Shown here: piece by piece, positions 38,876-48,005 of the stretch
Layout of the letters: every line of letters starts with the position of its first letter
Numbering within the stretch: the stretch's first letter is position 1
Origin: Polyangiales bacterium
Lineage (GTDB): Bacteria; Myxococcota_A; Polyangia; Polyangiales; Houyiibacteriaceae
Assembly (NCBI GenBank): GCA_045106895.1
Contig: JBGCFM010000045.1
Span: forward strand, 1-48,005
Direction of reading: 5' to 3'
DNA length: 48,005 bases
The notes under the pieces: model-generated
What the model was told of the DNA's origin: nothing
Seen by the model: only the letters and a program-made list of their open reading frames with translations
The model's database searches: none
Program-made: the position numbers and the translations under genes

Positions 38876-41059
38876 TTACTGAGAAATGCCCACATGGCTG
38901 AGGAGGAAGGCGTGCACCAAGGCGGTCTCCCGGTGCCGGTGAAAACGACCCGAGGAGCCGCCGTGGCCGGCTTCCATGTTGACGGCGAAGAGCAGCTGGT
39001 TGTCGCTGGTGTTTCGCTCCCTCAAACGGGCGACCCACTTCATGGGCTCCCAGTACTGGACCTGAGAGTCGTGGAGACCCGTCATGACCAACATATGAGG
39101 GTAGTCTTGGGCGCTAACGTTGTCGTAGGGCGAGTAGCGCATCATGTAGTCGTAGTACTCGCGTTCGTTGGGGTTGCCCCATTCGTCGTACTCAAAAGTG
39201 GTGAGAGGGATGCTCTCATCGAGCATCGTCGTGACGACATCGACGAAAGGAACCTGCGCGACAATTCCGTGGAAGAGGTCGGGGCGCATGTTCGCGACGG
39301 CACCGACGAGGAGCCCTCCGGCACTGCCGCCGCGGGCGAATAGCTGGCCCGGCGACGTGAAGCCCTCGCGAACGAGGTGCTCTCCGCAGTCGATGAAGTC
39401 CGTGAAGGTGTTCATCTTGTTCAGCAGCTTGCCGTCTTCGTACCAAGCGCGCCCCATCTCCTGACCGCCGCGAATGTGTGCGATGGCGAAGATGAAGCCC
39501 CGATTGACGAGGTTGAAGCGAGCCGAACTGAAACTTGGCTCCATGGAGTAACCGTAGCTGCCGTATCCGTAGAGCAGCAGTGGCGCTCCGGCGTTTCGAT
39601 CGAGGTCCCGTCGGTGCACAATGGAGATAGGCACGGCGGTTCCGTCACGTGCAGTCGCCGTGCTGCGATAGGTCATGTACTCCGCGGAGTCGTAACCGCC
39701 GCCGACGCGCGCGCGCTTCTTGAGCACACGGGTTCGTGCGTTCATGTCGTAGTCGAATACCGACTGCGGCGTGATCATCGAGGTGTACGAGAGCCGAAGC
39801 GTCTGCGTGGCGAACTCCGAGTTTTGCCCGAGTCCTGCCGAGTAGACATCCTCCTCGAAGCCGATGGTGTGCCCGTTGCCGCGCTCCTCCCAGGGGATGA
39901 CCACCACGCGTCCAATGCCCGCGTGTCGTTCCGTCACCACCAAGTGGTTTTCGAAGAGTTCGAAGCCGCGGAGGTGCACGTCGTCACGCGCAGGAAGCTC
40001 CTCTCGCCACTGCGCCTTGTCCTGGCTCTGTTCCGGCGTCGTCGACATGAGACGGAAGTCGCGCGCCTCCCAGTTGGTGCGAATGAAGAAGCGGCCGAGG
40101 GCGTGGTCCGCCGAGTACTCGTGGCCTTCTTCCCGGGCGAGGAGCACCGTCGCCTCGTCGCTTGGGCTGCTGGCGTCGATGTAGCGGTACTCCGTCGTTG
40201 TGGTCTGATGACTCCCGATGAGCACGTACTCCTCGGAGCGGCTCAGGCCGACGCCGACGGAGAACTCTGCGTCGCTTTCCTCGAAGACGAGCGTGTCCCC
40301 CGATGTGTCGCCCAAGGTGTGTCGCCACACCTGGTAGGCGCGGAGCGTCCCTTCTTCGCGCTTTACGTAGAACACCGTCTGATTGTCCGCGGCCCAAGTG
40401 CTGGACCCCGTCGTGCCTTCGATGACGTCGGGGAGCATCTCCCCCGTCGCGAGGTTTCGAAAGCGCAGCGTGTAGATTCGGCGGCTCAGTGTGTCTTCGC
40501 CGTACGCAAGAATCGCCGCGTTGCGCGCCAACGAGAGACCGCCAATGGCGAAGTAGTCGTGGCCCTCGGCGAGGGTGTTGACGTCGAGGACGACCTCTTC
40601 TTCGCTCGACTCCCAGTCGTCACTGTCCGCTTTGCGGCAGTAGATCGCGTACTCGCGTCCTTCCTCGTAGCGCACGTAGTACCAGTAGCCGTTCTTGCGA
40701 TAAGGCACCGACGCGTCGTCTTGGGGAATGCGCGCGACGATCTCCTCAAAGAGCGTCTCGCGGAATGCCTCCAGCGGCGCGAGCTCGTGATCGGCGTAAG
40801 CGTTCTCAGCCGCGAGGTGCGCGAGGATCTCGGGGTCTTGCCGCTCGTCGTCGCGCATCCAGTAGTAGGGGTCTTGGCGAACCTCTCCGTGGGCGCGAAG
40901 TTCATGGGGCTCTTGACGGGCAACGGGCGGGTTCATCTCACTGCTTCCTTGAGTCGAGGAGGGTGTCGTCGTAGCGCGGCTTGGTCCGCAGGCAGCCAGG
41001 AGGGCGAGGGCCCATGCGAGGCGTGAAAACGGGCTCTGAAGAAGACGAGGGGCGCTCAT
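38876..41059 (-). CDS. ptrB: Oligopeptidase B (S9A) with lipoprotein-type signal
   Basis: DPYYWMRD, YGYGSYG, RGGQEMGRAWYE, GGSAGG, DEWGNP, DSQV, AGH; N-terminal LALLAAC. Confidence 0.95.
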   Translation of the reverse strand: MSAPRLLQSPFSRLAWALALLAACGPSRATTTPSSTQGSSEMNPPVARQEPHELRAHGEVRQDPYYWMRDDERQDPEILAHLAAENAYADHELAPLEAFRETLFEEIVARIPQDDASVPYRKNGYWYYVRYEEGREYAIYCRKADSDDWESSEEEVVLDVNTLAEGHDYFAIGGLSLARNAAILAYGEDTLSRRIYTLRFRNLATGEMLPDVIEGTTGSSTWAADNQTVFYVKREEGTLRAYQVWRHTLGDTSGDTLVFEESDAEFSVGVGLSRSEEYVLIGSHQTTTTEYRYIDASSPSDEATVLLAREEGHEYSADHALGRFFIRTNWEARDFRLMSTTPEQSQDKAQWREELPARDDVHLRGFELFENHLVVTERHAGIGRVVVIPWEERGNGHTIGFEEDVYSAGLGQNSEFATQTLRLSYTSMITPQSVFDYDMNARTRVLKKRARVGGGYDSAEYMTYRSTATARDGTAVPISIVHRRDLDRNAGAPLLLYGYGSYGYSMEPSFSSARFNLVNRGFIFAIAHIRGGQEMGRAWYEDGKLLNKMNTFTDFIDCGEHLVREGFTSPGQLFARGGSAGGLLVGAVANMRPDLFHGIVAQVPFVDVVTTMLDESIPLTTFEYDEWGNPNEREYYDYMMRYSPYDNVSAQDYPHMLVMTGLHDSQVQYWEPMKWVARLRERNTSDNQLLFAVNMEAGHGGSSGRFHRHRETALVHAFLLSHVGISQ

Positions 41060-41262
41060 AGCGCGAACGCTAGCAGCTCTTGGGAGCTCGCTCGTGCCGA
41101 AGTTCGACGGAAGCCGTTGGCGTGCGGCGTGCACGTCGGTTCGCCAAGCCTCAAACGCGTGATTGAGTTCACCTCTTGCTGCTATGCAGGGTCAAGAAAC
41201 AAGGGTATCCCCTGCTGTCGGTGCGGCCGTTGGGCTCACCCGAACCCCCCTGGAGTCAAAAA

Positions 41263-42051
41263 TTGCTGCTTCTCTTGTCCCCCGCGAAGTCTCTCGATTG
41301 GTCGCCCGTCGCAAAGTGGATCGACCCCACCACGCCGGAGCTGGCGAAGGAGTCTAAGGCTCTGGCGAGCGTCATGAAGAAGAAGTCAGCGGAGGAGCTT
41401 CAGACGATGATGAAGCTCTCCGAGAAGCTGGCGACGCTGAATCACGAACGTTTCCAGGCGATGACGAGCAAGCCCGACGCGAAGCGAGACAGGCCCGCGG
41501 CATTGGCCTTCAACGGCGACGTCTACAAAGGACTTCAGGCCCGCACGCTCGAAGCACGTGAGCTCAAGTGGTCTCAGCAGCACGTCGTGATCTTGTCGGG
41601 CCTCTACGGTGCGCTTCGTCCTCTGGATCTCATTGAGCCCTACCGGCTTGAGATGGGCACACGTCTCGAAACGAAACGCGGCGCATCGCTCTACGACTAC
41701 TGGGGCGATAGCGTCACGAAGCTCGTCAACGAACGCCTCGAAGAGTCGGGCGCCAAAGTGGTCTTGAATCTAGCCAGCAACGAGTACAGCCGCTCCGTTC
41801 AGTTCAAGAAGCTCGACGTGCCGGTGATCACTCCGGTCTTTCAGGAGATCAGCGCCGACAAGCACAAGGTCATCAGCTTCTTCGCCAAGCGTGCTCGCGG
41901 CGCGATGGCGCGTCACATTATCGACAAGCGTCTTACAGACGTCGACGACATCAAACGTTTCAAAGACGGCGGTTACAAGTTCGACGAGAGCTTGTCGAGC
42001 GAGAAGACCTGGGTGTTCGCGCGTCCGAAACCTGAGAGCGCCGCGAAGTAG
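41263..42051 (+). CDS. yaaA: Peroxide-stress protein YaaA (DUF328)
   Basis: LLSPAKSLD, AFNGDVYKGL, ILSGLYGALRPLDLIEPYRLEMG, NLASNEY, ISFFAKRARG; GGAG before TTG 41263. Confidence 0.95.
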   Translation: MLLLLSPAKSLDWSPVAKWIDPTTPELAKESKALASVMKKKSAEELQTMMKLSEKLATLNHERFQAMTSKPDAKRDRPAALAFNGDVYKGLQARTLEARELKWSQQHVVILSGLYGALRPLDLIEPYRLEMGTRLETKRGASLYDYWGDSVTKLVNERLEESGAKVVLNLASNEYSRSVQFKKLDVPVITPVFQEISADKHKVISFFAKRARGAMARHIIDKRLTDVDDIKRFKDGGYKFDESLSSEKTWVFARPKPESAAK

Positions 42052-42069
42052 ATCCGGCGCTCCGTTCGC

Positions 42070-43770
42070 TTACTCGAACACAATCTCCGTCGTGCCCTCG
42101 GCACTGTTCCGAACCAGGAACGCCGCCGCGGCGCCGATGGTCGGGTTACGGCTGCCCTCTGCCGCGACGCCGGGGTCCAAGTGCAGCAGGTCGATGGCGT
42201 CGATGACGACAAAGGCTCCTTCGTCGGTGCGCGATGCGCCGCTCAGTGGACGACCCTCGCCAATGAGCGGAGCGACACGTTCACGGATCGCGTCGTAGCG
42301 CGCCGTGCTCCCGACGAGGGCGCACGCGACGGCCAGAATCGGAGCGTCGATGAGCGCTCCATCGAAGCTACGTAGCCCAAGCGCCGCCTGCCAGCTGTCT
42401 TCCGCGAGGCTCGCGCCACTGGATGCAGCTAGGTCGAGGGGCAGGCGCGCCGGGAAGTACCACTCGGCGTAGTTCGTCGGTCCGGCTGTGAAGGAGCGCG
42501 TGAACTCCTCCATCGTCGAGGCCTCGCCGCTTTCGGGGCCGTCTCGCCACACCACAGCGGAGTCTGAGAGTACGGGCCGCGTGAGCTCCTCGCCGAGGAG
42601 ACTGGTGAACGTTTCGGTCTCCCCAAGAGGCTCCCCCACTCCTAGGCGCGCAAAGGCCAGGGCGCCCGAAGCGTCGTCGAAGGGGAGCCCAAACGCCGCG
42701 TTGTTCGTGAACGCGGGCACGGCGTTCCGGGGGTAGCCGAGCAAGAGCGAGAGGCTGTCGTCCCGAAGGGAGTCGTCGAGGACGCCTTCGGGGTCAAAGC
42801 GCGCGCGCAACGCCATCTCTTCCGCCAGCACATAGATGTCGACGCCCAGAAATGGAATCGCGAGGGCCGGCGAGTCCTCGCGAATGCCGTCCAGGCCTGA
42901 ACTCCCGAAGCCCCCGGAAGTGAAGCCCTCGTTGTATTCCTCTTCCGTGATCGGCTCGCTCCCGAGAGCGCCGTCGACGAGGATGACGCCGGCGAGTTCT
43001 TCGGCGCCGCGTGTGCCATCCATGAAGCGCCAAGCGGCGTATGCTTCGGCGAAAGACGCGCCGAGGGAATGGCCAAGCAAGAACACACGCTGTCGGCGTT
43101 GCTCTTCGTCCACGTTCCCAATGAGGGCATGGACGTCGCCGACGAGCGTCGCCAGGCCCCACTCGCTCATGTACGCCAGCTCACTCTGTGCGAGCAAGCC
43201 GGGGAAGGACTCCCCGCCAATGGTCGCCTCCCCGCGGTAATACTGCGCCGCGATCTCCGCGTTCTCGCTCATCTCCGCCGTGTTCATGCCGCGCAGGTCC
43301 TCGAGGGCGTTGCTGCGCCGGTCCACGACCCACACCTCGACGGCGTCGTCGGATTCCGCGACAAGTCCACGGGCCAAGCCGTCAAGGCTCGCGGCGCCGG
43401 CCAAGATGCCAGGCATCGCGATGACGATGCTGTGCGCCTCCGCCGCCGGCTCCATGTCGCGACGGTATCGCTGCACGCGGATCTTGTTGAGCGCGGCTGG
43501 AGTCTCTACGTCCGTCAACGGGTTCGGCGGAGGCGCAGGGACGTCGACTTCGACGGTCTCGATACGCACGTCGCCTACTGCGCGCGACGCGGGCACCGCC
43601 TGCTCCGGGTAGTCCGGAAGAGGACCCGCGTCGCTCCCGGCGTCCGCGGCGTCCGCGCCAGCGTCGCCCGCACCAGCGTCGAGGACTTCGGCGTCTCCAG
43701 CATCCAGCGGCGAGGAATCGTCCCCGCACGCCACAAGAGCCAAACAGAGAACAAATCGAAGAACGCGCAT
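42070..43770 (-). CDS. Lipoprotein alpha/beta-hydrolase
   Basis: Lipobox LVAC, DAG-rich linker, VWVVDRR, nucleophile elbow GHSLG, late HLD. Confidence 0.85.
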   Translation of the reverse strand: MRVLRFVLCLALVACGDDSSPLDAGDAEVLDAGAGDAGADAADAGSDAGPLPDYPEQAVPASRAVGDVRIETVEVDVPAPPPNPLTDVETPAALNKIRVQRYRRDMEPAAEAHSIVIAMPGILAGAASLDGLARGLVAESDDAVEVWVVDRRSNALEDLRGMNTAEMSENAEIAAQYYRGEATIGGESFPGLLAQSELAYMSEWGLATLVGDVHALIGNVDEEQRRQRVFLLGHSLGASFAEAYAAWRFMDGTRGAEELAGVILVDGALGSEPITEEEYNEGFTSGGFGSSGLDGIREDSPALAIPFLGVDIYVLAEEMALRARFDPEGVLDDSLRDDSLSLLLGYPRNAVPAFTNNAAFGLPFDDASGALAFARLGVGEPLGETETFTSLLGEELTRPVLSDSAVVWRDGPESGEASTMEEFTRSFTAGPTNYAEWYFPARLPLDLAASSGASLAEDSWQAALGLRSFDGALIDAPILAVACALVGSTARYDAIRERVAPLIGEGRPLSGASRTDEGAFVVIDAIDLLHLDPGVAAEGSRNPTIGAAAAFLVRNSAEGTTEIVFE

Positions 43771-43826
43771 GATGCATTCTAACACGCACCGGTTCCCGTT
43801 CCCACGCGCCCATGCGATGCTCCGGC

Positions 43827-44762
43827 GTGGCGTTTCGGAGTGAGAGCGAGGTTCAAGCGGGACTAGCGGCCTGGTCGCGAGGACATCCAACTCGACGCAA
43901 TGCCGCCAAGCTCACCTTCGAGAATATCGAAAATAAGGGTCCAATCCAGATCGTTCTCACGAGCATCTTCGAGCGTCGCGGCGTGACCTACGAGCTCTCG
44001 CCGGCGCCGCGAAGAGGTCGACGCTCAGAGCACCCCGACCCGTGGAAGCACACCTTTGAGTTTCCCGAAGGAGATCAAGCGAACGTCGGAACGAAGCTCA
44101 CGCGGCGACTTGAAGACGTGGTCATTCACATGGGCTGCGCCACGTGCAGTGACTCCGGGGACATGACCTGCAGTGGCTGCGGCGGTGATGGGCGCGTAGA
44201 CCGTCACAACGGCGGCTCGCGTCAGTGCGGCATGTGCCGCGGAGCGGGTCAGCTACCCTGCGATACATGCGAGGGCTCCGGTGCCCTTTACGGCAAGCCG
44301 ACGCTCTGGTCTGCCATCGAGTCCGTGACTCCTCACCGACTCGTCGAAGCCGACGATCTGCCCAACGTCGTATTCATCGCTCTCAGCGAATCGCCGATGG
44401 ACGGTGAAGTCATCCATCGACAACAAAGCGCGACCATCGAAGAGCTAAAGGGCTTTGGGCGTCGAAGCGGTGGGTACCGCGACACGGCGAACGAAGACCC
44501 CGAGGTGGCGCTGGTGCGTGCGCTCTGCAGGCAACCCGAGATTCCGGACGAGGTACGGCTGCTACGCCAGGAGCTTGTGCTGCGCCGCGTCGACGTGTGG
44601 GAGATCAAGACCCGTGAGCTAAAGCCGTTTTGGGTGCTCGGAGACCCGGTTCAAGTCCTTCCAAGCACAGCGCTCCGTTCACTCGTCTCGCCGATACTCT
44701 TCGCCGCGCTCTGCGTCCTCTTGTTCGGTCTCATCATCGTCTTCGCCAACTCTCTCGGCTGA
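43827..44762 (+). CDS. DnaJ-type Zn-finger protein resembling eukaryotic SSUH2, with C-terminal TM anchor
   Basis: Four CxxCxxxG repeats (CATCSDSG, CSGCGGDG, CGMCRGAG, CDTCEGSG), no J-domain HPD context, hydrophobic C-terminal tail. Start GTG 43827 or ATG 43812. Confidence 0.8.
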   Translation: MAFRSESEVQAGLAAWSRGHPTRRNAAKLTFENIENKGPIQIVLTSIFERRGVTYELSPAPRRGRRSEHPDPWKHTFEFPEGDQANVGTKLTRRLEDVVIHMGCATCSDSGDMTCSGCGGDGRVDRHNGGSRQCGMCRGAGQLPCDTCEGSGALYGKPTLWSAIESVTPHRLVEADDLPNVVFIALSESPMDGEVIHRQQSATIEELKGFGRRSGGYRDTANEDPEVALVRALCRQPEIPDEVRLLRQELVLRRVDVWEIKTRELKPFWVLGDPVQVLPSTALRSLVSPILFAALCVLLFGLIIVFANSLG

Positions 44763-44763
44763 C

Positions 44764-46215
44764 TCACGTCCCGCAGAACGTTGCGGTGACCACCTCTTCG
44801 GCGGCGGGCGCTCTCTCAAACTCCGCGTGCTCGGGCTGCTCATCGAAGGGGCGCGCGAGAACCTTCATCAGGAGCTCGAAGGGTTCAAAGTCGCCGTCGT
44901 TTGCAGCCGCCAGCGCCTCCTCCACGCGATGGTTTCGAGGGATGAACGCCGGGTTGCTGCGCTTCATGGTGGTTGCTGCGTCCGGATCCGCGAGCTCGCG
45001 CCAGCGCTTCATCCACACGTCGAGTCTTTCGGTGTTGCCGACGAGGGCGTTCAAGCGCTCCAGGGCGACGTCATCACCAGCCGCCGCGCGCGAAAGCTCA
45101 CGAAAGAAGAGCGTGAAGTCCACCTCCTCTTCGCCGAGGAGCGTGAGCGTGTCGTTGATGAGCGCGTCGGAGTCTTCGGAAACGCCGAGCCCAAGCTTGT
45201 CGCGAAAGCGCGCCATGAAAGCCTCGGTAAAGCGGCCGCGGAACCCATTGAGGGCTTCCTCAGCCCACGCGATGGCTTCTTCTTGGGAGCTGCCGAGCAC
45301 CGACAAGAGCGTCTCCGCGAAGCGCGTCAGGTTCCACTGCGCGATGGCCGGCTGGTTTCCCCAGGCGTAGCGCCCGTGTTGGTCGATGGAGCTGAACACC
45401 TTCTGCGGATGGAACACATCCACGAACGCGCACGGCCCGTAGTCGATGGTCTCGCCGGCGACCTGCACGTTGTCCGTGTTCATGACGCCGTGAATAAAGC
45501 CGAGGCTCATCCAGCGCGCGACGAGCTCCGCCTGCCGCCCGATGACATGCAAAAGCAGCGCGCGATAAGGGTTCGTCTCGTTCGCAGCGCTCGGGTAGTG
45601 CCGGGCGATGACATAGTCCGCGAGAGCTTTGACGGCGTCGTCTTCCCCGTTCACGCGGGCGAACTGAAACGTGCCTACCCGCACATGGCTCTGTGCGACG
45701 CGCGCAAACACCGCGCCGGCGGCAGCGGTCTCTCGACGAATACGTTCCCCCGTCGTCGTCGCCGCGAGCGCACGTGATGTCGGAACACCGAGCTTGTGCA
45801 TCGCTTCGCTGACGATGAACTCACGCAGCACCGAAGAGAGCGTCGCCTTGCCGTCGCCACGACGCGAAAACGCCGTGGGCCCCGAGCCCTTCATATGAAT
45901 GTCAAAGCGCGTATCGCCGGCGACCACCTCGCCGAGAAGGTACGCGCGCCCATCGCCGAGGCGAGGCGAGTAGCCCCCGAACTGATGCCCTGCGTATGCC
46001 ATCGCCACGGAAGCCGCGCCCTCTGGCACCGCCGTCCCGGCGAACATCGCCAGACCTTCCTCGCTACGGAGCCAGTCGACGTCGAGCCCAAGCTCAAGCG
46101 CGAGCTCTTCGTTGAGGCGAACCAACTTCGGCGAAGGCGAAGGGTCGGGAACCGTCTCCGCGTAAAAGAGAGGAGGAAGCTGCGTGTACGTGTTGTCGAA
46201 AGAAGGCGAGCCCAT
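44764..46215 (-). CDS. selO: Protein adenylyltransferase SelO/YdiU
   Basis: YAGHQFG, LGDGRA, KGSGPT.FSR.GDG, LREFIVSEAM, GFIHGVMNTDN, IDYGP, NPAFIPRNH, terminal TFCGT. Confidence 0.96.
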   Translation of the reverse strand: MGSPSFDNTYTQLPPLFYAETVPDPSPSPKLVRLNEELALELGLDVDWLRSEEGLAMFAGTAVPEGAASVAMAYAGHQFGGYSPRLGDGRAYLLGEVVAGDTRFDIHMKGSGPTAFSRRGDGKATLSSVLREFIVSEAMHKLGVPTSRALAATTTGERIRRETAAAGAVFARVAQSHVRVGTFQFARVNGEDDAVKALADYVIARHYPSAANETNPYRALLLHVIGRQAELVARWMSLGFIHGVMNTDNVQVAGETIDYGPCAFVDVFHPQKVFSSIDQHGRYAWGNQPAIAQWNLTRFAETLLSVLGSSQEEAIAWAEEALNGFRGRFTEAFMARFRDKLGLGVSEDSDALINDTLTLLGEEEVDFTLFFRELSRAAAGDDVALERLNALVGNTERLDVWMKRWRELADPDAATTMKRSNPAFIPRNHRVEEALAAANDGDFEPFELLMKVLARPFDEQPEHAEFERAPAAEEVVTATFCGT

Positions 46216-46592
46216 GAGGCTAGACTTGGGGCTTTCGACCTGGGAGCGCTAGCGCAGTTGGCTGGAGCGGCGCCAACCTTGGATGCCAAGGCTGCACTCC
46301 GCGCGACGAAAGTGGCAAATTTGAGTCACTCGTGGCCCGTGCGCCTTGTTCGTGTGCCTCGTTGGGCGTGTTTGAACAGTGGCCGTTTGAAGTTCGCACG
46401 AACTAGGGAAAGCGGGACGGCACCTCGCGCGTCTCGCTCTGGGCCGGTGACGACGGCGGCGGCCTCGCACTCGTTGGCCTCTAGCACCTTGGCGAAGCAG
46501 AGGTGGTCCGGGTCGCAGTGGAGCGCCGCCGCGTACTCCTCGGGGCTGGCTTCGCCGCCGAGGGAGTACACCACGATGGTGTCTTGGGCTGG

Positions 46593-47612
46593 CTAGGACC
46601 CGCAGTAGTCTCCATCACAAGTCAGCCCTTCGGGGCAGTTGTTTGCCACACCGCAAGGAATGGTGCACTGGTCCGGAGCCAATCCGACCATCTCACAACG
46701 TGCTCCAGCATCTGCGCAAAGAGATGCGTCCTGCCCACCTTCGCCATCAGAGCAAGGTTCGCTGGAGCGCAGCGCACGGACGGCGTCACATGTTGTCGCA
46801 TCTTGGTCGATGCCGCAGTACATCGTTTCGTCGGCGCTAGAGAGGGATTCCGCAAGAATGCCCACGAGGTATGGCCGCGCGCACGTTTCACTCGCCAGCT
46901 TCAGACAATATCCATCAGGTCGGTCTGTTCCCTGAAAGTTCATCGGGACACAGCGGAACCCATCATCAAAGTTGCACTCGGCATCGCCAACGCATCGTCC
47001 GCAGTCAGGCACCTCGCCCCGCTCAGTCTCGGTACAAAGCTGAGTCGCAGGATTGCAGCTAAAGTCACCGCAGTCGTCCTCGGCGGTCGCCTCAGTACAC
47101 CCCACACAAACGTTGGCGTCGCCGGAAGTGTCACACACGTTCAGCGCGTTGCCGTCACCGTCTACGACTCCGTCGCAATCCGCGTTTGCAGCGCATTCAG
47201 CGCAGAGTCCATCGTCTCCGCAAAGCGAAGCTTCGGCAGTTTCACACTGAGTTGAAGTCGCGCACTCCACGCAGCGATTCATGTCGCACATCGGCCGTCC
47301 TTCGACGCCTTCGCAGTCGGCAGGAAGCAGGCACTGCACGCACACGGCGTTGTCCGCGTCCTCATCGCAGATAGGCATTTCGCCCGTACACTCAACGGTG
47401 CAGTTGCTGACAAAGGCGTCCGCGTCTGTGCCCGCATCTCCAGGTCCAGCGTCTGTGCCGCCGTCGTTGCCGGAGCAATACACGAGAGTCGGGTCCATCT
47501 GACAGGCTTCTTGGCAAGCGCGCTCTCCCGGCATCTCCACGCAATTGATGGTCTCGGACCCGGTACAAGAACAAAGAAGAGCAGCAAGCCCACAAAGGAA
47601 TATTCGATTCAT
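46593..47612 (-). CDS. Cysteine-rich lipoprotein with repeated disulfide modules
   Basis: Signal/lipobox LLCSC, DGG/DAG linker, repeated CVQC/CVEC/CAEC/CVGC...DC units. Confidence 0.85.
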   Translation of the reverse strand: MNRIFLCGLAALLCSCTGSETINCVEMPGERACQEACQMDPTLVYCSGNDGGTDAGPGDAGTDADAFVSNCTVECTGEMPICDEDADNAVCVQCLLPADCEGVEGRPMCDMNRCVECATSTQCETAEASLCGDDGLCAECAANADCDGVVDGDGNALNVCDTSGDANVCVGCTEATAEDDCGDFSCNPATQLCTETERGEVPDCGRCVGDAECNFDDGFRCVPMNFQGTDRPDGYCLKLASETCARPYLVGILAESLSSADETMYCGIDQDATTCDAVRALRSSEPCSDGEGGQDASLCADAGARCEMVGLAPDQCTIPCGVANNCPEGLTCDGDYCGS

Positions 47613-48004
47613 CAAAACTGACCTTCCAAGTTAAGAGACGCACCGTCCGAAGAGACGTTCGCTGAAGTTCGTAGCCAACCGCCGACCATAAGCGTGACAC
47701 CTGCGACGGCGAGCACGGAGCCTGCGACCATGAGCGCCACTTGGCCGCCGTCGATGGCGACCCGTTCGACTTCTTCAGCGCCGTCGATGCTCTTCAAGTC
47801 CCCGCTCCCCGCCAACGTCATCACGGGCGAAATCCAAAGCGCGGCGCCGGCAGCCACCAGCCCGCCACCGACGACATAGCTGGGCCAAGCGGAGCCTTCG
47901 CCGTCGCTCTCGGCGGGCGTCGTTTCGGCGCTGCTATGGGCGTGGTCGCCGGTGTCGGTCTCGACGGGTCCGGTGACGAGGGATTCGTCGTCGAGGCGTA
48001 CGAT
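47612..48004 (-). CDS. C-terminal part of a PEGA-type myxobacterial envelope protein; 5' end outside the window
   Basis: Frame open to the window edge: IVRLDDESLVTG...AWPSYVVGGGLVAAGAALWI...GASLNLEGQF*. Confidence 0.7.
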   Translation of the reverse strand: MVRLDDESLVTGPVETDTGDHAHSSAETTPAESDGEGSAWPSYVVGGGLVAAGAALWISPVMTLAGSGDLKSIDGAEEVERVAIDGGQVALMVAGSVLAVAGVTLMVGGWLRTSANVSSDGASLNLEGQF

Positions 48005-48005
48005 G

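Noticed and set aside
41060..41262. 200-bp ptrB-yaaA intergenic region as an ncRNA or riboswitch
   Set aside because: No recognisable family motif or convincing long stem; compatible with two divergent promoters.
44764..44790. Selenocysteine readthrough at the selO TGA
   Set aside because: The protein ends in the ordinary bacterial TFCGT and a convergent gene ends 2 nt away, leaving no room for an extension.

Overview
High-GC bacterial DNA with hallmarks of Myxococcota, probably Polyangiales/Sandaracinaceae-like (a MYXO-CTERM tail, DAG-rich lipoprotein linkers, a PEGA-type protein, a Hanks Ser/Thr kinase); the taxonomy is inference. Left to right: (1) 1-14085, a starch/glycogen utilisation locus: LamB-like porin, two lipoprotein GH13 amylases, a surface-sorted GH15 glucoamylase, MalK and a fused MalE-MalF protein, divergent from a TrmB regulator plus alpha-glucan phosphorylase, with a perfect palindromic operator between them. 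(2) 14138-19281, an OmpR-type two-component system converging on a VWA + membrane-protein operon; both promoters carry the same 11-bp-period CTTAC tandem box at the same distance from a -10 element. (3) 19404-25966, an ABC-HlyD-TolC tripartite system whose ATPase has lost every catalytic motif, in a mirror arrangement with two paralogous 'WTFLSNH' winged-helix regulators and a TerC gene, linked by a shared 22-bp operator-like motif. This is the best candidate for an undescribed system. (4) 27877-35953, a dense signalling cluster (REC-REC-GGDEF, three histidine kinases, two single-domain response regulators, a 66-aa possible phosphotransfer protein, REC-HDOD). (5) Assorted genes: Ser/Thr kinase, oligopeptidase B, YaaA, a lipoprotein hydrolase, a protein resembling eukaryotic SSUH2, SelO/YdiU, a Cys-rich lipoprotein and a partial PEGA-type gene. 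I recognised no rRNA, tRNA, CRISPR array or transposase. All family calls come from motif recognition by eye; no database searches were run, and several start codons are best guesses.
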